Part shown: positions 56,268-64,000 of the stretch, piece by piece | Position numbering within the stretch: the stretch's first letter is position 1 | Layout: every line of letters starts with the position of its first letter | Source: a virus | Reading direction: 5' to 3' (one strand) | Length of the DNA: 64,000 nt | IMG/VR virus record: IMGVR_UViG_3300025362_000005 | Location: 1-64,000 of that record | The notes under the pieces: model-generated | Database searches by the model: none | Seen by the model: only the letters and a program-made list of their open reading frames with translations | Told to the model about the DNA's origin: nothing | Translations under genes and position numbers: made by a program

Positions 56268-56999
56268 GTGGAAACAAGTCTTACAAAAGAAATAAAATAC
56301 AAATTACTTGAACACTATAGAACCAAGCGTGATATGCGTGTGGCACAAGAATGTGGAAACATGGATGTACTCGCTATTAGCAAAGAAGGAATTAGTTATG
56401 AGTTTGAAGTAAAAATCAGTAAGAGTGATTTAGTAGCTGATAAGAAAAAGACAAAACATAAACGAAGACACATGACACATTTCTTCTATTACGTGGTTAC
56501 ACAAGAGCTAGGGGAAACAGCGTTATTACAAGCAAGTGCATTAAGCGATTCCTATGGAGTCATGACATATAACGGCACGGGGTTTGAAACGCTTAAACGG
56601 GCTAAAAAACGCAAGACAAGCGTAGATTTAGAGAATCTGTTATATGGACATATTAGTTATGCTTATTTACGTAACTACAAGAAGGTTTGCTTATATGAAA
56701 CCGATAGAGAATTGTTTATTCCACACGGGGTTTCTAAAAGAGCGGAAACCGTTTACAGGAACTTATTGAAAACTTACTCCATAGACATTGTAGAGCTATT
56801 TCTCTATAATGTAGATAAAGATGTTATTACATACAACAACAAATACACTATAGTGTTTAAAGAGAAATCATGCTATGTGGCACAAAAACTAGTACACTAC
56901 AAAAAACCTGTGTATGGTGATAGTTGGGTGGAGACAGTATTACAGGGGGTAGATAAATGGATAAACGACTCAAAAAAAGACATAGTATTCACGATGTAG
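56268..56999 (+). CDS. PD-(D/E)XK nuclease-like protein (MmcB-like)
   Basis: E....DV.......EFEVKISKSD...D..K.KH...FYYVV. Confidence 0.65.
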   Translation: METSLTKEIKYKLLEHYRTKRDMRVAQECGNMDVLAISKEGISYEFEVKISKSDLVADKKKTKHKRRHMTHFFYYVVTQELGETALLQASALSDSYGVMTYNGTGFETLKRAKKRKTSVDLENLLYGHISYAYLRNYKKVCLYETDRELFIPHGVSKRAETVYRNLLKTYSIDIVELFLYNVDKDVITYNNKYTIVFKEKSCYVAQKLVHYKKPVYGDSWVETVLQGVDKWINDSKKDIVFTM

Positions 57000-57256
57000 C
57001 AGTGTTATGTAGAGTACAGGACTATATCGTTCGCGACTATGAGCAAGGCGTTATAGACTCATTAGATTTTACTACATGGATGTCATTAGCGTCCTACTAT
57101 GGCAGAGATATGCTACTCATTCCATTTTATATTCACAGTTTGGAAAGGGATTTGAGTGATATATATTTTATGCACTTACGGGCTGGTGAGCCGATACAGT
57201 TCAGTTGCCTACAGACTATGAAGGAAATGAAACAAATGAAGGAGACAGAATGTTAG
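56957..57256 (+). CDS. hypothetical protein
   Basis: Packed ORF. Confidence 0.45.
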   Translation: MDKRLKKRHSIHDVAVLCRVQDYIVRDYEQGVIDSLDFTTWMSLASYYGRDMLLIPFYIHSLERDLSDIYFMHLRAGEPIQFSCLQTMKEMKQMKETEC

Positions 57257-58491
57257 AAAATATTCCAAATTCAAGATTAAAAGAAGTGAGCGAGTATACA
57301 GAGACTTTTGGCATAGAGAAAGCTGAAATTTTCTTTGGTATACTGCGTGATACTATTAAGCGATACATTAGATTGTATAAGAAGAGAATGGAAGAAGGAG
57401 AAAAAGTGGAAGGAATAGATGGAGTCAAAGAAGAGGTTGTTGAAAAAAACACTATTAAACAAACAGTGTTGTCATCAACCAAATTCACAAATGCTGAACA
57501 ACTAGCAGAGTTTTGTAATATAGATTTGAGTATTTGGGAAGCATCTAAAATTGTAACCAATCAATGGGGTAAAACAGATCAACCTATGTGGCAGTTCAAG
57601 GTCATATGGAATAGAATCAAGGGACTCAGCCCACTGAATGTTGTTGAGTTACTGGAAAAAAACTTAGAGAAATATGATGCACCCGTACTTCCTGTGTATG
57701 AGCAAAAACAGGGAAATGTTACAATTGAGGTGGAAATTCCGGACATACATTTGGGGCGTTTATCGTGGCATCGCGAGACAGATCACGACTACAACTCAGA
57801 AATTGCGTATAACGAATGGATAAAAGCTCATCAGTATTTTTATAATCAAACATCCCATTTAGCAGTAGAGAAAATGGTGTGCGTTATTGGTTCAGATTTT
57901 TTTAATTGTGAAGGAGCATCGGGAGAGACTACAAAAGGTACACGTCAAGTAGAAGATGGGAGATGGCAACGTAGTTTTGAAATAGGCTGTAGAGCCTCTG
58001 TAGATGCAATAGAGTTTTGGCGTTCAAAAGGGATGGCTGTAGAAATAAAGATTATTCCCGGAAATCACGATATGGAACGAATATATTATCTAGGAGCTTA
58101 CTTAGTGGCTTGGTACAAAGACGTTGCTGAAGTTACAATAGACAACGCACCAACAGTAAGAAAGTATTTTGTATATGGACGTAACATGATCGGGTTCTCG
58201 CACGGACAAGCAGATTATAAACGATTACGTACTGTGTATCAATCAGAAATGAGAGAACATTTGTCCACATGTGACTGTATTGAATTTCATGTAGGGCATA
58301 CACATCAAGAAAAAGTGGTAGAGGATTTTGGTAGTGTAATTATACGTACTATTCCGTCATTGGCACAACATGGAAATTGGGAATATGAAATGGGGTATAC
58401 AGGTAATAGACGAGCACAAGCATTTATATGGCATAAAACCAAGGGATTGATGAACATAGAGTATTACACGCCTGATTTTTTAGATAAATAG
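57250..58491 (+). CDS. calcineurin-like metallophosphoesterase / nuclease
   Basis: DIHLG, GSDFFN, GNHD, SHG, GHTH. Confidence 0.85.
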   Translation: MLENIPNSRLKEVSEYTETFGIEKAEIFFGILRDTIKRYIRLYKKRMEEGEKVEGIDGVKEEVVEKNTIKQTVLSSTKFTNAEQLAEFCNIDLSIWEASKIVTNQWGKTDQPMWQFKVIWNRIKGLSPLNVVELLEKNLEKYDAPVLPVYEQKQGNVTIEVEIPDIHLGRLSWHRETDHDYNSEIAYNEWIKAHQYFYNQTSHLAVEKMVCVIGSDFFNCEGASGETTKGTRQVEDGRWQRSFEIGCRASVDAIEFWRSKGMAVEIKIIPGNHDMERIYYLGAYLVAWYKDVAEVTIDNAPTVRKYFVYGRNMIGFSHGQADYKRLRTVYQSEMREHLSTCDCIEFHVGHTHQEKVVEDFGSVIIRTIPSLAQHGNWEYEMGYTGNRRAQAFIWHKTKGLMNIEYYTPDFLDK

Positions 58492-58499
58492 GAGAAGAA

Positions 58500-59393
58500 A
58501 TGAATGTACTGAGTTTATTTGATGGGATGAGTTGTGGGCAAATTGCGTTGGAAAGAGCAGGGGTTAAAGTAGATAATTATTATGCGAGTGAGATAAAAGC
58601 TCATGCGATTAAAGTAGCACAATATAACTACCCAAGTACGATACAATTAGGGGATGTAACAAAACTAAATACTAGTCAGTTACCTAAAATTGATTTACTA
58701 ATTGGGGGCAGCCCTTGCCAAGATTTTTCAAGGCTAAAAGTAGGGGATGATAGAAGTGGTTTACGCGGTAGTAAAAGTAATTTATTTTATGAGTATTTAC
58801 GTATTTTAAAAGAAGTGCATCCTACATACTTTTTGTTGGAAAATGTGAAGATGAAAAGGGAACATAAAGAGGAGCTTGATAACTATTTAGGTGTACGTGG
58901 AATTAATATTAATAGTAATATGTTTTCGTTCCAAAACAGAGATAGATTTTATTGGACAAACATATCTATAGCACCTTATATAGATAAAAACATAAATTTT
59001 CAAGATTATAAGGACACTGATACGACTTATTGTTTTAATTTTAAAGCAAATAAAACTCCGAGTAGGGTGAGGATGTATGAGAAGCAGTGTCCAAATGTTA
59101 CTTATAGAAAGAAGATAAATTGTGTAACATGTAAGCAGGATAGGTGGAGTAATTCAGGATTAATTGATTTTGATGGATTTTGTAGGTATTTGACTACAAG
59201 GGAATTGGAATTAGCGCAAACAGTGCCTATAGGGTACACAAAATGTTTAAGTATGAGACAAGCGGAAAATGTATTGGGGGATGGATGGACAGTGGATGTC
59301 ATAGCACATATTTTAAAAGGAATTGAACATCCTTATGAATTGACAGATGAGGAAGAACAAAACAAGCCTTTATTCGATTTAGGGGACAAATAA
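58500..59393 (+). CDS. C5-cytosine DNA methyltransferase
   Basis: LSLFDG, GGSPCQ, LENV, QNR.R.YWTN, LGDGW. Confidence 0.93.
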   Translation: MNVLSLFDGMSCGQIALERAGVKVDNYYASEIKAHAIKVAQYNYPSTIQLGDVTKLNTSQLPKIDLLIGGSPCQDFSRLKVGDDRSGLRGSKSNLFYEYLRILKEVHPTYFLLENVKMKREHKEELDNYLGVRGININSNMFSFQNRDRFYWTNISIAPYIDKNINFQDYKDTDTTYCFNFKANKTPSRVRMYEKQCPNVTYRKKINCVTCKQDRWSNSGLIDFDGFCRYLTTRELELAQTVPIGYTKCLSMRQAENVLGDGWTVDVIAHILKGIEHPYELTDEEEQNKPLFDLGDK

Positions 59394-59459
59394 TCACCTA
59401 CATTGCATTTAATTAATTTATAAGATAGAGTATAGTAAATAACAAGAAAGGAGAACAAA

Positions 59460-59747
59460 GTGATAGTAAAAATAGTAGGAAAAGTAAATGGTACTTATAC
59501 AGAGAGGGTTGAGGACGATGTAAAACGGTATTTATTTGAAAATAGGTGTGACGAATTAGAGACCCTAGTATTCACTGGGCCGAGAGATGTTCCTTATTCA
59601 CGTGTAACACTTATATTTAAGGATAAGGATGAAGACAAGGGAGACCCTCCTATTAGCATTTCTTTCAATGACAAAGTATTTTGTATGGAGGGCTCTAACG
59701 GGCGTACAATAGACATACTCAAATATGATGCTCGAAAGGATTACTAA
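59460..59747 (+). CDS. hypothetical protein
   Basis: ORF with RBS and upstream TTGCAT-17-TAGAGT. Confidence 0.55.
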   Translation: MIVKIVGKVNGTYTERVEDDVKRYLFENRCDELETLVFTGPRDVPYSRVTLIFKDKDEDKGDPPISISFNDKVFCMEGSNGRTIDILKYDARKDY

Positions 59748-60388
59748 TGTCTGATGGGCAAGAAGTAATAACCAAATTAGAAAAAGACTCGACATGGTTT
59801 AAGACATTAAAGCCACAGGAAAAGCTGTATGTAGCATATGTATGCACAAATGGTGGGAGTGCTTTAAAGGCGGCGAAGAAAGCAGGTCGTAAAAGTGTGG
59901 GTGCATTGGCATCTAGTGAAGCAATCATGGAAGCCAAAAAGGAATTTATGACCGCGGTACTTGCTGACAGAGTTTCGGAACTAGAGTCAAAGATAACGCA
60001 TGTACTATGGACACGAGCATTTTATAATCCATTTGATTTGATTGATGAAATGGGACAGCCACTGACTGCGGATGGTTTCCCCTATGATTCTGATACCTTT
60101 AGTTTAAAAGAGTACAAAGAACGTATTGGGGATTTGGCGGTATGTATTGAAGGCGTGAAACGATTAATAAACCCACGGAGTCCTGATTCGATTATTATAA
60201 CATTAGAACTAGCAGATAGACGACAGGCACTAAAAGAGCTAACAAATTACATTGGTATGAGCCATGAGGACACTGCTGAAAAAGGTAGTTCATTTGTGGT
60301 TAATGTAACTGTTGATACAGAGCATGTGAAAAAAGAGGCTTATAAAATAGCTGAGTATAAACCTGACCCTAAAGTTAAGGTTTTGTAG
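59747..60388 (+). CDS. terS: terminase small subunit
   Basis: L...E..YV..Y....G.A..AA..AG HTH, AF....DL.DE.G, I.G.K, L.D...AL..L....G; immediately upstream of TerL. Confidence 0.75.
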   Translation: MSDGQEVITKLEKDSTWFKTLKPQEKLYVAYVCTNGGSALKAAKKAGRKSVGALASSEAIMEAKKEFMTAVLADRVSELESKITHVLWTRAFYNPFDLIDEMGQPLTADGFPYDSDTFSLKEYKERIGDLAVCIEGVKRLINPRSPDSIIITLELADRRQALKELTNYIGMSHEDTAEKGSSFVVNVTVDTEHVKKEAYKIAEYKPDPKVKVL

Positions 60389-60406
60389 AATATAAGGAAT
60401 GAATGA

Positions 60407-63400
60407 ATGGCATTAGATATAAAATTACACCCAAAGCAACTACTCGCACTCAACACACCTGCAACAGAAGTGTTATATGGCGGAGCTGTAGGCGGTGGAA
60501 AAGCATTAGATGTACATACACCTATACTCACTACGTGTGGTTGGAAAACTATGGAGACACTTGTTGTAGGGGACAGGGTATTTGATGAGTTGGGACTTCC
60601 TTGTAATGTAGTAGCTAAATCCAAAGTAGATAAAAAAAGTGCTACGTATGAAGTTGAGTTTGATGGCAACAAAGACAAAGTTGTGGCATGTGATGGACGA
60701 CATCAGTGGAGCACGTTGACACGCACAGATAGAACAGCAAAGATTGAAAGGTTTCCCACTCCTAAAACCACGAATGAAATACGTCATAGTCTAACAGCAG
60801 AACGTGGTAAACGAAACAATCATTCTATACAGGTGACAGAACCCCTACAGTTTGTGGAGAAATTACTTGACATAGACCCTTATATTTTAGGGGTATTTCT
60901 TGGTGGGGGCATGTATGATCGTAAAGCAAAGAAAGGTATGGTTATTACAAGCAAGTGTGCTTCAACAACAACCAATTTAGCTACGTATAAAGGTGGAAAA
61001 TATTACGACAAAGAGCATTGGAAAGACTTACTAAAGATTGTGGGGTTATATGGATTAGAACCACGTGACCATTTTATACCCATAGATTATCAACTTGGTT
61101 CAGTAGCCCAACGCACAGAGTTACTTAAAGGTATGTTAGATGTACGGGGCACTATTTACAGTGATAGTTTTAAGTATAAGCGTTCAGCGGGACAAGTAGA
61201 GATGTATACCGATGGGCAACAGCTCTGTAAAGATGTTCATTTCATGTTGTTGTCACTGGGGCAAAAATCATGGATGTATGAACGAGAAGAGAATAATCGT
61301 AAAAGAAGACCAAGTTGTGCATGGCGTGTACGTGTATATGCTGATATGATATTGTTTAATAGTCGTGATAGGGCCACACAACAACGCCATAGCATGGGTA
61401 GTATTAGAACAGCTCGTCAACGACATTATATTTCTGATGTACGTAAAGTAGAAAAACGTGCGGTACAATGTATACAGGTTGACAGTCCTTCTAATTGTTA
61501 TCTTGCCGGTGAATATTTAATACCTACTCACAATAGTTATTTAATGCGAGTAGCATCTATTGTTTGGGCTATGGAGGTACCGGGCATACAAATATATTTA
61601 TTTAGATTAACACAGAAAGAATTGGATGACAATCACATGGTAGGTAGCGGTGGATATTACACCCTACTTCTTGATGCAGTTCATTCCAAATATGTGAAGA
61701 TAAACAGCTCTAAAAACATTATACAATTTAGGAATGGAAAGCACAATAGTTTTATGGGTGGTTCTATAATTCATTTATGCCATTGTCAGCATGAGGATGA
61801 TAAATACTTATACAAAGGTGCGGAGATGGATGTGCTGATGATTGATGAAGCCACTCACTTTACCCATACAAAATATGAGTATTTGCGAACACGTGTTAGA
61901 CGCCCCAAAGACAATCCACTTCCCGATGCAGTAATAAAAAAATACGGGGAAAAATACTTCCCACGTATATTGCTTGGAACTAATCCGGGCGGTATTTCAC
62001 ATTGTGTAAGATTTGGTAATGTATTGACAACAAAAGGGTTTGTACCTATACAAGATGTTGTTGTTGGTGATATGGTGTTATCTATGAACGCAGACACATT
62101 TGATATTGAACGAAACAAAGTAACAGAAACGTTTGAATATGATTACACAGGAAACATTGTTCATATAGATAATAAAAAGATTAATATAGAGTGTACGCCG
62201 AATCATAGTATTGCTTACATACCTGACCCAAAGAAGAACAAGTATTTTAAGATGAAACCTTTTACTGAACTACCGAATCAAGCAAATGTTGTGAGAGCAG
62301 GGAACAAAATAAAAGGGGGGAGTAGGCGTAGAGTATTTAAAATTGCTGATGAATATCATTTAAAACAACAGAGGGCAAATCAGCCATTAAAGATAAAGTA
62401 TAGAGACTACGCTGAATTAATGGGATGGGTATTATCAGAAGGATTCTTTGTTGCTGATAAAAAGTATGGGTCTCCACGATTTGCTATAGCGCAGAGTAAG
62501 AAGAATACACGGCTTATTATTGAGGACTTGCTAGATAGGTGTGGGTTTACTTATAATTATCATTCACAGGCGTACACAATGTACTCTTATGAGTGGGCAC
62601 ATTATATTAAGCAGTTTGGTAAATGTGAGGACAAATTTATACCACGTGAGTTACTTAATTCCACGGATATTGATGCTGTTTTTACATCGTTGATGTTAGG
62701 TGATGGTCATTGGATAACGGATGAAAGCGGAAATTACTCTACTTACAGCACTAGGCTACGAGACGATGTTATGGAGCTGTGTGTTAAATTAGGATACACA
62801 GTACATTATACAATTCGTCAGCAAGAGGATAGAAGACTTCCTACACAAGTGGTACATTTTCACAAAACGAAACAACCTGTTACTGAAATATTTACGGGGA
62901 ACAAACGATACAAAAATAGAAAAGAAGTTACAGTACATGATAGTAACTGTTCTGAAGAGTACGTAGAAAACGAAAAGATTTATTGTATTGAAGTAGAAAA
63001 TAACCATAACTTCTTCTTAGAACAGAATGGGCATGTATGGTTATCTGGCAATTCGTTTTGGAGACGAGAATTTGTAAAAATAGCTGAACCAATGACGATT
63101 ACGCAGATGCCAAACACGAAAGGCGGTATGTTACGACAGTTTATACCCGCACAATTATCTGACAATCCTTCAATAGACAAAGAAGAGTATGAGGGCAAGG
63201 TAATGGGTGTCGGTAATGAAGCCACGGTACGTATGTTGCTTGAAGGTGATTGGGACGCAGTTGCAGGTGGAATGTTTGATGATGTATGGGATGAAACCGT
63301 GCATATGATACCGCCATTTGAAATTCCTTATACATGGTATTGTGACCGATCTTTTGATTGGGGACACACAGACCCGTTTAGTGTTGGTTGGTGGGCTCAG

Positions 63401-64000
63401 TCAGATGGTAGTTCAGTAAAATTGGCTGACACCGTAGCAGAAGATGGTACAGTAGTAAAAGGAGAAACAGTAGTATTTCCAAAAGGTAGTTTATTTCGTA
63501 TAGCAGAATGGTATGGATGGACAGGTGAAGAAAATATCGGCATAGGACTTACTGCCTATGAGATTGGGCAAGGTATTGCTAAAATGGAAAGAACAAATGA
63601 TGTATTGAAAAACATTGAGAAGATAGTGCCGGGCCCCGGAGATCATCAGGTATGGAATAACAGCCCCAAGCAGGACTCTAGTTACCGTTCACTTATTCAT
63701 GAATTAAACTCAGGGTATTATGGAAATGACCACTATATGCTGTTTGATATATTCACAAAAGCAGATCAAACAGCGGGTAGTCGTCCACGAGGATGGGACA
63801 TATTAAGGACTCACTTGAAAAATTCTGTAAATTATCCTAAGATAGATAGACCATGTTTATTTGTGTTCAACACATGCCCTACACCAAATAGGATATTACC
63901 GACATTAATCAGACATGATAAGAAGATTGAGGATATCGCAGACCATCTTGAAGATCACGTTGCGGATGAAATAAGATATCGAGTACAGCACTCTGTACAT
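60407..64000 (+). CDS. terL: terminase large subunit with two inteins (3' end beyond window; absent from ORF track)
   Basis: Hand translation of in-frame segments: LHPKQ...LYGGAVGGGK|S, IDEATHF, TNPGG, FIPA.LSDNP, LEGDW, FDWG, EDHVADEIRY. Confidence 0.93.
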   Translation, partial: MALDIKLHPKQLLALNTPATEVLYGGAVGGGKALDVHTPILTTCGWKTMETLVVGDRVFDELGLPCNVVAKSKVDKKSATYEVEFDGNKDKVVACDGRHQWSTLTRTDRTAKIERFPTPKTTNEIRHSLTAERGKRNNHSIQVTEPLQFVEKLLDIDPYILGVFLGGGMYDRKAKKGMVITSKCASTTTNLATYKGGKYYDKEHWKDLLKIVGLYGLEPRDHFIPIDYQLGSVAQRTELLKGMLDVRGTIYSDSFKYKRSAGQVEMYTDGQQLCKDVHFMLLSLGQKSWMYEREENNRKRRPSCAWRVRVYADMILFNSRDRATQQRHSMGSIRTARQRHYISDVRKVEKRAVQCIQVDSPSNCYLAGEYLIPTHNSYLMRVASIVWAMEVPGIQIYLFRLTQKELDDNHMVGSGGYYTLLLDAVHSKYVKINSSKNIIQFRNGKHNSFMGGSIIHLCHCQHEDDKYLYKGAEMDVLMIDEATHFTHTKYEYLRTRVRRPKDNPLPDAVIKKYGEKYFPRILLGTNPGGISHCVRFGNVLTTKGFVPIQDVVVGDMVLSMNADTFDIERNKVTETFEYDYTGNIVHIDNKKINIECTPNHSIAYIPDPKKNKYFKMKPFTELPNQANVVRAGNKIKGGSRRRVFKIADEYHLKQQRANQPLKIKYRDYAELMGWVLSEGFFVADKKYGSPRFAIAQSKKNTRLIIEDLLDRCGFTYNYHSQAYTMYSYEWAHYIKQFGKCEDKFIPRELLNSTDIDAVFTSLMLGDGHWITDESGNYSTYSTRLRDDVMELCVKLGYTVHYTIRQQEDRRLPTQVVHFHKTKQPVTEIFTGNKRYKNRKEVTVHDSNCSEEYVENEKIYCIEVENNHNFFLEQNGHVWLSGNSFWRREFVKIAEPMTITQMPNTKGGMLRQFIPAQLSDNPSIDKEEYEGKVMGVGNEATVRMLLEGDWDAVAGGMFDDVWDETVHMIPPFEIPYTWYCDRSFDWGHTDPFSVGWWAQSDGSSVKLADTVAEDGTVVKGETVVFPKGSLFRIAEWYGWTGEENIGIGLTAYEIGQGIAKMERTNDVLKNIEKIVPGPGDHQVWNNSPKQDSSYRSLIHELNSGYYGNDHYMLFDIFTKADQTAGSRPRGWDILRTHLKNSVNYPKIDRPCLFVFNTCPTPNRILPTLIRHDKKIEDIADHLEDHVADEIRYRVQHSVH
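60503..61534 (+). mobile_element. class 3 (Ala1, WCT) intein in the TerL Walker A, degenerate LAGLIDADG
   Basis: GGGK|ALDVHTPI...GDRVF...ACDGRHQW...VQCIQVDSPSNCYLAG..LIPTHN|S; 344 aa. Confidence 0.9.
62003..63052 (+). mobile_element. class 1 intein with LAGLIDADG endonuclease in TerL
   Basis: NPGGISH|CVRFG...TPNH...LMGWVLSEG...LMLGDG...IYCIEVENNHNF...WLSGN|S; 350 aa. Confidence 0.9.

Noticed and set aside
60340-63367. Short ORFs listed in the track over 60.3-63.4 kb
   Set aside because: They overlap the long terL frame that starts at 60407.
1-64000. Stop-codon reassignment, reverse-transcriptase systems (DGR/retron), integrase or Cas genes
   Set aside because: Genes are intact and densely packed in the standard code, and no RT, integrase or Cas motifs were seen.

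Overview
This window is a 64-kb slice of a large, AT-rich tailed dsDNA phage genome. It reads cleanly in the standard genetic code and has sigma70-type promoters and GGAG Shine-Dalgarno sites. Bases 1-53.7 kb are transcribed leftwards. That arm carries recombination and replication genes (RuvC-like, RecA/UvsX, SSB, UvsY-like, Pif1, DnaX-like loader, intein-containing UDG-PolA, clamp, DnaB, primase, SNF2 helicase, three wHTH initiator-like genes). It also carries an RNA-repair set (Rnl1, PNK, DRB0094-type ligase, Thg1, HAD), pnuC-nadR, and an early region of small ORFs separated by repeated intergenic modules. After a repeat-rich strand switch (53.7-54.7 kb), genes run rightwards to a C5 methyltransferase, TerS and a TerL with two inteins. 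TerL is missing from the supplied ORF track because it runs off the window. The most notable feature is a contiguous non-coding cassette at 22845-23632 (- strand). It contains a 100-nt tmRNA reduced to its alanyl-tRNA-like domain, with no pseudoknot ring or tag ORF. This is followed by an unidentified ~420-nt pseudoknotted RNA (possibly ROOL-like), an atypical tRNA(CAT), a tRNA-sized stem element and tRNA-Gly. All family calls come from motif recognition by eye; no searches were run.
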